64,000 nucleotides of DNA from IMG/VR virus record IMGVR_UViG_3300036945_000242, positions 1-64,000 of that record; one strand, given 5' to 3'. Positions 35,275-43,499 of this stretch are shown here, piece by piece. Source of the DNA: a virus. Lineage: Duplodnaviria > Heunggongvirae > Uroviricota > Caudoviricetes. Positions within the stretch are counted from its first letter, which is position 1. Each line of letters begins with the position of its first letter. A program made the translations under genes and the position numbers. Under the pieces are notes generated by a model that saw nothing but the letters and a program-made list of their open reading frames with translations, had not been told where the DNA came from and searched no databases.

Positions 35275-35593
35275 TATGAGTAGATCTGTTATAAACTACG
35301 TTAGATTCCGTATGAATCTCTTCATCGAACAAGTCGTCGTATTTATTGTCAGGGAAGTAGTAGTCAACTATATCCGCAATTAAGCTATAAACAAAAGACA
35401 ATAACCAACGTACAAAGAGTAATACGCAAACTAATATTAAAGATAGAAACGCATACGCAACTATTACTGGAAACATAAATGCCAAGGCTACCATACTAAA
35501 GAATAACGCTACGCACACATTTACGGTAGTACGCTTGTTCTTTCTAATATACAAAGAGGATTTAGCCCGTAAAGCTTTTAACCACGCTATCAT
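35240..35593 (-). CDS. small membrane protein
   Basis: 117 aa, two TM helices. Confidence 0.3.
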   Translation of the reverse strand: MIAWLKALRAKSSLYIRKNKRTTVNVCVALFFSMVALAFMFPVIVAYAFLSLILVCVLLFVRWLLSFVYSLIADIVDYYFPDNKYDDLFDEEIHTESNVVYNRSTHSGNNYFEAKDI

Positions 35594-35784
35594 AATTTTC
35601 CTTTCAACTCTTTAAAGGTGCGGTTTCTAGTTTCTAACGTCATAGGCGTTTTCAACCGAACTACACGTTTAGTCACCACATTAAAGTAAGCGAATAACTT
35701 TTTACGACTATCATCTACATAGTAGATATGGTTGGGGGTATTACCAGCCCATTTAGTAGTTTCCTGTAACGCTTTCATATTCAA
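35590..35784 (-). CDS. hypothetical small protein
   Basis: 64 aa, after a promoter and AGGAG. Confidence 0.3.
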   Translation of the reverse strand: MNMKALQETTKWAGNTPNHIYYVDDSRKKLFAYFNVVTKRVVRLKTPMTLETRNRTFKELKGKL

Positions 35785-35804
35785 CTCCTATTTACTTCTA
35801 TACC

Positions 35805-35841
35805 TATATTATACCCTAAAGCGAGTTGTAAGTAAAGCTAT
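35805..35841 (-). promoter_or_regulatory. Early promoter (ttgtaagtaaag family)
   Basis: Minus TTTACT-TACAACTCGCTTTAGGG-TATAAT. Confidence 0.5.
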
Positions 35842-35848
35842 AAATGAG

Positions 35849-35872
35849 AAAAGCCCTCCGAAGAGGGCTTTT
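35849..35872 (-). terminator. Hairpin terminator after the Hsp20 gene
   Basis: AAAGCCCTC-ttcg-GAGGGCTTT on minus, followed by a U-rich tract. Confidence 0.5.
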
Positions 35873-35886
35873 ATTTAATCTACCGT

Positions 35887-36411
35887 TTAGTCGTTTAGAA
35901 ACGATGGGGTAGATTTAGTTTTGATATCAATCTTAGTAGATTTTTTAACTTCTACAATTTTCTCCAAAGAGATGTATAACATACCGTCAACCATTTCGGC
36001 AGAGGTTACTTTGATATCAGTATCGGTTGCGAATCGTCTTACAAAAGCACGATTAGCGATACCCTTAACCAAATACTTAGGTTCTTCAGCCTCATCGACC
36101 GTTTTATTAGCAGATACTACTAAAATAGAGTCTTCGATATCAACGTTGATATCGCTAACGCTGAAGCCAGCTAACGCTACTTCAATCGTGTAAGAGGTTT
36201 CGCTTACTTGTTTAACGTTGTAAGGAGGGTAAGAAGTGGGCGATTGGGGTGATGCGATTTTCTTACCAACGAAGTTACCGAAAACGTTAATTTCAGGCTG
36301 AACGGGATAAGATTTATCAACACGACGAGCGGTATCTAAAATATTTTTTGACCACTGTGTGTCATTTAACATAGACATAGCATCAACGAGCGAACGATTA
36401 AAGTTTTTCAT
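35887..36411 (-). CDS. small heat-shock protein (Hsp20/alpha-crystallin)
   Basis: ACD pattern YTIEVALAGFSVSDINVDIEDSILVVSA...GIANRAFVRRFATDTDI..MVDGMLYISLEK. Confidence 0.7.
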   Translation of the reverse strand: MKNFNRSLVDAMSMLNDTQWSKNILDTARRVDKSYPVQPEINVFGNFVGKKIASPQSPTSYPPYNVKQVSETSYTIEVALAGFSVSDINVDIEDSILVVSANKTVDEAEEPKYLVKGIANRAFVRRFATDTDIKVTSAEMVDGMLYISLEKIVEVKKSTKIDIKTKSTPSFLND

Positions 36412-36432
36412 ATTTTCTCCAAAGAGCGAGAT

Positions 36433-36461
36433 TAAAAAACCGCTACCTTAAAGCGTAGCGG
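36433..36461 (-). terminator. Rho-independent terminator
   Basis: CCGCTAC-gctttaag-GTAGCGG followed by TTTTTT on minus. Confidence 0.55.
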
Positions 36462-36475
36462 GGTTGGTTTCCCAT

Positions 36476-36643
36476 TTACTGAACAAAAGCTTCAGGTTGG
36501 GAACTAGGTTGTTGATCAAGCTGGCTTTCGCCCTGCTTTTTAATTTTTACAATAAGTTCGGCTACTTCAACAAACGGTTGAGTACCTAAACATTTTAATA
36601 CGGTATTTATTTCATTAACTGTTAAATTTAAAGTAATATTCAT
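36476..36643 (-). CDS. small ORF translationally coupled to regA (ATGA overlap), 55 aa
   Basis: Hand-translated MNITLNLTVNEINTVLKCLGTQPF.... Its start overlaps the regA stop. Confidence 0.3.
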   Translation of the reverse strand: MNITLNLTVNEINTVLKCLGTQPFVEVAELIVKIKKQGESQLDQQPSSQPEAFVQ

Positions 36644-37065
36644 TTTTTTCCAATAGTGTATTTAGGGACTAATTCCCATTTAGATTTTTCTTTAAACGAT
36701 ACAATTTTAATTTGAGATAGCGGAGATTTATCTACGTTTATTACGGTTTTAGGGTCGATAGTTAATAAACCCCATTCCTTTAATAAAACGGCGATAGCAT
36801 CCCTACGCTCAATATCGCTTACGCTAATATTAGAAGGCTTACCGTCTAAAGCGAATAACTCTTTAAAGTGTACGATGTAATACCTACCTTGTTTATGTAA
36901 GATATGACAAGATTGAAATAACCGCATTTCTTTTCTAGAAGCTATCCCAATACGAGTAAGCGTTTCCCTAACCTTTAAAAAGTTATCAGGCTCTGGTAAC
37001 CCTACCTCAAGCATTGACGCAGGAGCCCAATTATACAAGTTTGTATCCATATTATTTACCGCCAC
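36640..37065 (-). CDS. regA: RegA translational repressor
   Basis: Strong match to T4 RegA (FLKVRETLTRIGIA, QSCHILHKQGRYYIVHFKE, WELVPKYTIGK). Likely start MLEVGLPEP near 37014. Confidence 0.8.
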   Translation of the reverse strand: MAVNNMDTNLYNWAPASMLEVGLPEPDNFLKVRETLTRIGIASRKEMRLFQSCHILHKQGRYYIVHFKELFALDGKPSNISVSDIERRDAIAVLLKEWGLLTIDPKTVINVDKSPLSQIKIVSFKEKSKWELVPKYTIGKK

Positions 37066-37432
37066 AATAGTATTTTTGTTCTATTTCTTTCAATTGATTA
37101 GCAGTCAGAAGTCCAAGAACTTCTTCAGCTCGCTTAGATGAATAACCGTAGTGCTTCATCACCAGTTGAAGGTTTTTGGAATCAGAATCTTTTTTGACCC
37201 ACTTAGAAAACCGCTTCTTTCTGGTAACGGTATTTAGTAGGAACTTAAATTGCCAATCTTTAGGAATAGTGGGGCAGGTATTCATCTCATTCGCTAGAAA
37301 CAACGTATCATGAAAATAAGATAAACCACGATTTACCATAAAGGGCGAATAATCTTTATTCGCCTGAGGATCTTCAAATAAATCTTTTTTCGTATCGTTA
37401 ATAGCGTTAATAAAATCAAACGGACTTGCCAT
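37052..37432 (-). CDS. 62: clamp-loader subunit gp62
   Basis: KDYSPFMV and RKKRFSKWVK match T4 gp62 (KDYSKFMV, RGKRYGKWAK). Position between gp44 and regA. Confidence 0.6.
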   Translation of the reverse strand: MASPFDFINAINDTKKDLFEDPQANKDYSPFMVNRGLSYFHDTLFLANEMNTCPTIPKDWQFKFLLNTVTRKKRFSKWVKKDSDSKNLQLVMKHYGYSSKRAEEVLGLLTANQLKEIEQKYYCGGK

Positions 37433-37784
37433 GGTTAAGTACCTTTTCTAAATCTTGCTTTTTAATAGCTAATACACGTTTAGGAAAGCGGGTTTGGATA
37501 ACTTCAGCTAATTCTTCAAAAGTTTTACCTTGAGCAATAAACTCATCACCTACCTCAGTGTACAAGTAGATAATACCGTCTTTAATATCTACCCGCATAT
37601 TTTCAGCGTTAGCTGCAGCTGTGCGATAATCGTAGTCATTACCCGATTTATCACGAACAGATTTTAAAGTAGATAAAGTTTCTTTAATAGCGTAGATATA
37701 ACCTATTCTAAAAAAGGTTCTAGCAATTAAATATACTAAAATAATAAAACCGACTGCGCTCAAAACTATTGTTAATGAATCCAT
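37416..37784 (-). CDS. hypothetical TM-anchored protein inserted between gp44 and gp62
   Basis: 122 aa with an N-terminal TM helix. No T4 counterpart at this position. Confidence 0.35.
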   Translation of the reverse strand: MDSLTIVLSAVGFIILVYLIARTFFRIGYIYAIKETLSTLKSVRDKSGNDYDYRTAAANAENMRVDIKDGIIYLYTEVGDEFIAQGKTFEELAEVIQTRFPKRVLAIKKQDLEKVLNHGKSV

Positions 37785-37819
37785 AATATACCTCTTTAAT
37801 TAAAATCAATGTTTAGAAA

Positions 37820-38791
37820 TTATTTAAACTTTACGTTAGCCATAATTTCGGTTAAAGCTGCCATAGTATTTAACTCGTGGTCAGCAACAAAAGCTGCCTT
37901 ATATTGATAATCGGCTAGAATCAAAATCAATTGAGGTACGCTAGCAGGTTCAATAATATTAACAGAAGAATCGTAAAACATACGGAACAAAGCTACTGAA
38001 TCGGAATCGGAGTTCTTACCTACCCATTTACGAACTTCGCCAAAGTTCTTATCACGCATAAATTTAAACAACTCACGATACGTTTCTTCGCCTACGTTTA
38101 GTAGAATACCGCTATCAATTTTACCAGATACCGAATAACGTTGTAACTCGTTTAATACTCTACGATAATCAGGAAAGTGTTTAGAAACTACCTGAGCCAC
38201 TACTTTAGGATCGTACTCGATACCCTCAGCAACTAAAATCTGAATAGCACGTTTAAAGAATAAACCCGCTAATTCGCTTTTTTGCTTATTATCAATTTTA
38301 AATTCGATAACGGAGCAACGGCTATGTAAAGGCTCAATAATACGGTTTTTATAGTTACAAGTAAAGATGAAACTACAATTATTAGAGAACTCTTCAATAA
38401 AGGCACGTAACGCTGGTTGGGTAGAGTTAGGGTTTAAATAATCAGCCTCGTCAATGATAACTACTTTATGAGCATCGGTTAGGGAAACTGAGGAAGCGAA
38501 GGACTTAATCTTAGTACGTAAAACGTCAATACCTGATTCTTCCGAACCGTTAATGAATAGGTATTCAGCCCCTACTTCATTACACAAAGCTTTAGCGACG
38601 GTAGTTTTACCAACACCCGCACCACCCGCAAATAAGAAAGTAGGAATCCTACCGCCTTTAATGTAGTCTTGAAATGTGCTTTTCAAAGACTCGGGTAAAA
38701 TACATTCGTTAATTTTAGTAGGGCGGTATTTCTCTACCCAGATGAATTCATTAGAATTAGATGTAATTTCAGCCATATCAATATTCTCCAT
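37820..38791 (-). CDS. 44: clamp-loader ATPase gp44 (RFC-like AAA+)
   Basis: Walker A GGAGVGKTT, KYRP box, DEAD box IDEADYL, SRC motif. Colinear with T4 gp44. Confidence 0.8.
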   Translation of the reverse strand: MENIDMAEITSNSNEFIWVEKYRPTKINECILPESLKSTFQDYIKGGRIPTFLFAGGAGVGKTTVAKALCNEVGAEYLFINGSEESGIDVLRTKIKSFASSVSLTDAHKVVIIDEADYLNPNSTQPALRAFIEEFSNNCSFIFTCNYKNRIIEPLHSRCSVIEFKIDNKQKSELAGLFFKRAIQILVAEGIEYDPKVVAQVVSKHFPDYRRVLNELQRYSVSGKIDSGILLNVGEETYRELFKFMRDKNFGEVRKWVGKNSDSDSVALFRMFYDSSVNIIEPASVPQLILILADYQYKAAFVADHELNTMAALTEIMANVKFK

Positions 38792-38834
38792 AAAAAATAG
38801 AGGGGCGATTAAGCCCCAGATTCACAATACCGTA

Positions 38835-39512
38835 TTAAGCGTCAAAGGTAGAGTCCGATTCAACCGCTACGTAATAAACTAATTCTTGATTTACCGCTTT
38901 AAAGCGTGAGATACGCTTACTAGAAATACTAACCGCATAATCACCATGAATCATCTTAAGGTTATCTACCTTTAAGTTAATACGGAAGTTTTTATCCGTT
39001 ACGCCTACCGCTGAAAGATAGGTATTACCTGTATCGTTTTTCTTATCACCTACTTGTAAAGAGATATTAGCACCATCACCGATAACCGATAAATCGGAAG
39101 CTCGTAATACGGAAGCCGTTTTCTGAATCATAGCTAAAGTATGAGCGGTGAGTGTAAAGTCAATATCTGAGGCGGGGAATACGATAGGCTTTGTAGGTAT
39201 AACTAGAACGTCTTTAGAACCAGCGTAGAACTTAATAGAAGAACTACCCTCTTTAATAAGTACGTACTTTTCTCTAAATTCTAATTCAGGGTCGCTGAAT
39301 AATGACATAGCACCTAAAAACTCATTCAAGTCATAGATACCAAACTCTACGGGGAAGTGCTCAGCCACGGTAGTATCTGCCATAACGTTTTTATGAGTCG
39401 AGATAGTAGAGATACCTGAACCCTCTTTCAATAGTAAGTTGCTATTGATTCCAGCAAAGTTTTTAATTAGGGCTACTGTTTCTTTTGATAATTTCATATT
39501 TTTCCTATACAA
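38835..39512 (-). CDS. 45: sliding clamp gp45
   Basis: MKLSKETVALIKNFAGINSNLLLK vs T4 MKLSKDTTALLKNFATINSGIMLK. Real start at MKLSK near 39497. Confidence 0.85.
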   Translation of the reverse strand: MYRKNMKLSKETVALIKNFAGINSNLLLKEGSGISTISTHKNVMADTTVAEHFPVEFGIYDLNEFLGAMSLFSDPELEFREKYVLIKEGSSSIKFYAGSKDVLVIPTKPIVFPASDIDFTLTAHTLAMIQKTASVLRASDLSVIGDGANISLQVGDKKNDTGNTYLSAVGVTDKNFRINLKVDNLKMIHGDYAVSISSKRISRFKAVNQELVYYVAVESDSTFDA

Positions 39513-39561
39513 TAATAAAACGCTTATTTATATTATACTTAAATAAGCGTTGCGAGTCAAC

Positions 39562-39885
39562 CTATTTAGTGGGGGCGTTATCCCACTCATTGTCGATATC
39601 TTTTTCCAATAAGAATAAAACACAACACATAACGTGGGCTAAGTGGTTTAAACCAGTTTCGGGATCGAAACGCTCACCCCTAATCCAAGCCCAAAGGTGT
39701 CTCATCGCAGCGGAGAAATATCGTCGTTTACCGTCCGCAACGTGTTTCCAATTATCTGGGGCGTATTTCTTAGCACCAAAAGTTAAAACTTTAACGGTTT
39801 CTTCTAAAGCACGAGAAGGGACTAAATCATACTCAGGCTTACCGCCATCATACTTCATTCCCAGTGGTTTAACTTCTTTGTCCAT
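39562..39885 (-). CDS. hypothetical all-alpha protein (possible MazG-like NTP pyrophosphohydrolase)
   Basis: 107 aa. Weak resemblance only. Confidence 0.25.
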   Translation of the reverse strand: MDKEVKPLGMKYDGGKPEYDLVPSRALEETVKVLTFGAKKYAPDNWKHVADGKRRYFSAAMRHLWAWIRGERFDPETGLNHLAHVMCCVLFLLEKDIDNEWDNAPTK

Positions 39886-39893
39886 AGGTTATA

Positions 39894-40169
39894 TTAACGT
39901 GAAAAAATACTAGAACCTGCCGCTTTATACGCTTCGCGAACCATACGCTTACTCGGCTTACCTAGGCGATATTGTACATTACGGTCACCCGCTACTCGGT
40001 TAGAGTAAATAGCGTAACCCTGTTTTCGTAAATCGTAAATAGAATCACGGGGACTTTTCGCACCGAAACGTTCAACGATATCTTTATTGGTAATGGATTC
40101 ACCAGACAAAAGGGCTTCTAAAACTAATTGATTTACTGACATAATATTCCTTAATATAATAATCGCCAA
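39894..40169 (-). CDS. hypothetical protein (possible winged-helix)
   Basis: 91-aa ORF. Confidence 0.3.
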   Translation of the reverse strand: MAIIILRNIMSVNQLVLEALLSGESITNKDIVERFGAKSPRDSIYDLRKQGYAIYSNRVAGDRNVQYRLGKPSKRMVREAYKAAGSSIFSR

Positions 40170-40216
40170 AACAAAAAAGGTAAGAGTCGGGCGGTCAACT
40201 CTTACCTATACACAAT

Positions 40217-41179
40217 TTAGAACTCGAACGCTTCACCGACAGTTACGGTAACAACTTTCTTAGGCTTAGAAGCTTCAGCCGCAGCTGCAGCCTTAGCAGC
40301 TAATTCTTCAGCAGTTGGCTCTGGAACACACAATTTATCGAATAAGTCAATAAACGAAGCACGGGTAGCTTCATCAAAGCGGTTACAGCACAACTCTACA
40401 GCTTTCTTTCTGTCTTTAAAGATAGAAAAAGCTTTAACAATATGAACCATACGACGTGTAGTGATAGTTTCATCAGCACCACCGCTATCGAATGTTTTAC
40501 GAACAGCATCAGCCCACTTAACTAAGGCGGAAGCGAATACGTCATCTAAACAACTTTCAGCGGTCATTAAGTTTTTAACAATCTTAAGCTCGATAGAAGC
40601 GGATGGATATTCTTGGTTAAAGGTAATAGCGAAACGCTCTAAGAAAGCTTCGTTCAATACGTTAGTACCGATATAACGACCGTCATCACTACCTTTACCT
40701 TTAGTATTAGCGGTGGCGATAATATTGAAACCAGACTTAGGATAGATAAGCTCATTCTTTAACTTGAAGTAATAAGGCTTACCCTCTAAGATAGGTTGTA
40801 AACACAATAAAGTATTAGCAGCACCCGCATCAATCTCGTCAAGTAACAAAGTAGTACCGTTACGCATAGCGATAAGGACTGGACCTTCCACAATTTCAAC
40901 GTTACCGTCTACGAGCGTTTTAGAACCGATAAGTTGGTCTTCATCGGTCATAGCGTTTAAGTTTACACGAATTAAAGGCTTGGCTAACTTAGCACAGATT
41001 TGTTCTACCATAGTAGATTTACCGTTACCAGTTGGACCAGAGATATAGGTAGGATAGAACACACCAGATTTGATGATCAATTCCATATCTTTAAAATTAC
41101 CGAAAGGAACGAAGTTAGCGTCTTTTTTAGGTACTAAAGAGAAAGCGTCAGAAGATAAGTTAGTCATAGTAAAATTCAA
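40217..41179 (-). CDS. cobS: CobS-like MoxR-family AAA+ ATPase
   Basis: Walker A YISGPTGNGKST, Walker B LLLDEID. About 320 aa as in aerobic cobaltochelatase CobS. Confidence 0.65.
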   Translation of the reverse strand: MNFTMTNLSSDAFSLVPKKDANFVPFGNFKDMELIIKSGVFYPTYISGPTGNGKSTMVEQICAKLAKPLIRVNLNAMTDEDQLIGSKTLVDGNVEIVEGPVLIAMRNGTTLLLDEIDAGAANTLLCLQPILEGKPYYFKLKNELIYPKSGFNIIATANTKGKGSDDGRYIGTNVLNEAFLERFAITFNQEYPSASIELKIVKNLMTAESCLDDVFASALVKWADAVRKTFDSGGADETITTRRMVHIVKAFSIFKDRKKAVELCCNRFDEATRASFIDLFDKLCVPEPTAEELAAKAAAAAEASKPKKVVTVTVGEAFEF

Positions 41180-41225
41180 AGTTAGTTTAACAAAATTTAA
41201 GAGTTATCACTCTATACAGGTATTA

Positions 41226-41257
41226 TACCCTAAACTTAGTTGTAAGTAAAGGGTATA
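41226..41257 (-). promoter_or_regulatory. Early promoter cassette, identical copy of 8004-8035
   Basis: Minus CCTTTACTTACAACTAAGTTTAGGGTATAAT. Confidence 0.5.
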
Positions 41258-41266
41258 ATATAATTT

Positions 41267-43429
41267 TTACGCAATCAATTCAACAAAGCGGTTTAATAAA
41301 ATCTTATTTTTGATTTTATTAGCCATAGAAGCCGTAAATGCAGAAGCCACATCTTCAACAGAATCTTCGGTATCGACCTCAATATTCGATTCGCTAGTGT
41401 TAGATTTAGCTAACGCATCGCTAGGAATATAGAAGAACTCGTCATGCGGGGAACCGCTAACCGATACGTATTGATTCTTAGCGTATTGTTCCACGGCTTC
41501 TTTATATGTAGTAAAAGTTCTCTCATAACGCTTCAATTCGTTATAACCTCTACCACAATTAGAAGTTAAGACATTACTCTCAAAAAAGTCCTTACTAGCT
41601 AAGCTACCACCGATATAAAAGCCAATACTAGGACATTTATATCTATCTTTAATCATTTTAATTAAAGAGAAAGTTTGTACTGCCGAAGAACCCATAGGAT
41701 ATTCGATTTTAGTCTTTTGGTCTCTAAGAATAACCTCTCTCTTATAACCACCGTTATTGTAATATACTGAAGTAGATTCGCCGTCAGTTAAAGTGATAAA
41801 AGAGAACTTTTCCACTTTAGTAGAAGCTAAAAAATGATCAATATATTCGGTCATATAAGCCAAAGAATTATTCAGCGGAGTAGAACCAGTGTCAAAACCC
41901 TCAATTCTACGGAAAGGACGAGTTCTAAACAAACGCTTAGCCATAGTCTTGAATTCAGAAGAACTCATCTCATTAGAGAAAAATTCCAATAATCTAAACT
42001 CAGAACACTCATTAGTCAGCATACCATCATTTCTGTGTAGATTAGTGCTAGCTGCAGCTCTGTGGTCTCTGATTTGAGAGGTAGTAGTGGTATTATCGCT
42101 GAACGCTAATACTTTATACTTAATCTGGTTTTTATGACAGAAGTAAGCTAAAGGAATAAGTTGAGCCATAGTATCGTCTAACATATCATTCATAGAACCA
42201 GACCAATCTAGCAAGAAAATCATACCATGGTTCTTACCGTTAGGTAATGTAGTAATGCTCTTGAATAAGTCTTCTTTTAACTTATAAGCGTAAAGCTTAC
42301 GAGTGTCTAAAGCACCGCTCTTAGAAACTTGGGCACGTTTGTATTGAGTGGCACTCTTACGCATCTCGAACTCTTTAGTCAAATAAGACACCGCACTATT
42401 CATAGAGGTGTAAAACTTATCAAACGCACGAGGGCTTTCAGCAACAGTTTTAGTTTTAGCTAAAATTTCCTGATAACCCATAACACGTTCTAGTAAAACG
42501 TTTTCGTCTACTTTGGTATAGGCGTAGTCAATACCGTTATCTACACCAACGTTATCTTTAATAGCGTTTAAGGTTTTAGATTCTAAAGCCGATTCATCTA
42601 GAGGGGAAGGCTTGTTACCGCTTTTGCTAGAGCCATTATTTTGACCTTCGGCGTCTTGGTTGTCTTCGCCATCTTCATCACCGTCGGAAGAGTCACTTTC
42701 AGAATCGTTATCATCTTCATCATCACTTTCTTGGTCAGATTTATCGGAGTCGCTTGTATCATTGTCGCTAGAGGGCGTACCACTCTGGCTACCGTTAGAT
42801 TTACCCTTTGAATCTTTATCAGATTCGCCTTTATCCTTACCGTCGCCATCCTCACCTTCCTCACCGTCGTCAGACTGAGGTTCTTGTTGTTTCTTAGAGT
42901 ATTCTAAGATTTCACGAGCAATTCGATTAACGTCATCTTCAGAAACGCAAGCCTCTACCGCATCATACAAATCACGCTCTTCAGCCGTAAAACTGACGCC
43001 AGCGTTATGACCTAACTTAGAATATAAGTTAATGCGGTCAATTAAGTTGAGTTGAGAAAACGATACCTTTTTACCAAAAATACCCTTATCTGAAAGCTCA
43101 GAATAACCGATAGAGAAGTCTTTAGCGATACCTGGATACTTACGCTTCACCAACTTCTCAACACGGATATTATCTACAACTTTAGAATATTGGTTTAGCA
43201 ACTTATCGTTACCGACTAAAGTTTTTAGCTTTGAGGTAGTATAAAGGGCGTGACCTACTTCTTGACCGATTAAAGCGGTCTCAGCCTGTTTAGAAATACC
43301 CTTCCACTGGGGAAGTACCAAAGTACGGGTTTTGATGTCGAACTTTGATTCATTAACCTTTTTACGAAAAATATTGATATTTTCGGTAGCTAATAATTTA
43401 GCGGTAAGGTCTAACACGTTTTGTTTCAT
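41267..43429 (-). CDS. cobT: CobT-like protein: long acidic D/E/S tract plus C-terminal vWA domain (MIDAS DxSxS)
   Basis: vWA MIDAS FLLDWSGSM. Acidic low-complexity region at about 42604-42883. Partner of the upstream MoxR ATPase. Confidence 0.6.
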   Translation of the reverse strand: MKQNVLDLTAKLLATENINIFRKKVNESKFDIKTRTLVLPQWKGISKQAETALIGQEVGHALYTTSKLKTLVGNDKLLNQYSKVVDNIRVEKLVKRKYPGIAKDFSIGYSELSDKGIFGKKVSFSQLNLIDRINLYSKLGHNAGVSFTAEERDLYDAVEACVSEDDVNRIAREILEYSKKQQEPQSDDGEEGEDGDGKDKGESDKDSKGKSNGSQSGTPSSDNDTSDSDKSDQESDDEDDNDSESDSSDGDEDGEDNQDAEGQNNGSSKSGNKPSPLDESALESKTLNAIKDNVGVDNGIDYAYTKVDENVLLERVMGYQEILAKTKTVAESPRAFDKFYTSMNSAVSYLTKEFEMRKSATQYKRAQVSKSGALDTRKLYAYKLKEDLFKSITTLPNGKNHGMIFLLDWSGSMNDMLDDTMAQLIPLAYFCHKNQIKYKVLAFSDNTTTTSQIRDHRAAASTNLHRNDGMLTNECSEFRLLEFFSNEMSSSEFKTMAKRLFRTRPFRRIEGFDTGSTPLNNSLAYMTEYIDHFLASTKVEKFSFITLTDGESTSVYYNNGGYKREVILRDQKTKIEYPMGSSAVQTFSLIKMIKDRYKCPSIGFYIGGSLASKDFFESNVLTSNCGRGYNELKRYERTFTTYKEAVEQYAKNQYVSVSGSPHDEFFYIPSDALAKSNTSESNIEVDTEDSVEDVASAFTASMANKIKNKILLNRFVELIA

Positions 43430-43444
43430 AGCAAATTTCTCCTT

Positions 43445-43480
43445 ATAGTATATTATAAACTAAAAGGCTTTGTAAGTAAA
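43445..43480 (-). promoter_or_regulatory. Early promoter (ttgtaagtaaag family)
   Basis: Minus TTTACT-TACAAAGCCTTTTAGTT-TATAAT then GGAG SD. Confidence 0.5.
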
Positions 43481-43499
43481 GCCTTTTAGTAGATATTTT

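Noticed and set aside
39485-39913. 142-aa plus-strand ORF
   Set aside because: Antisense to the confidently assigned gp45 region and the 107-aa minus gene. Low-complexity sequence with no SD or promoter. Plus-strand ORFs throughout the window are shadows of minus-strand genes.
42598-42878. Two short ORFs within the CobT acidic tract
   Set aside because: Caused by the GA-rich codon repeats of the D/E/S low-complexity region. The long ORF is the real one.
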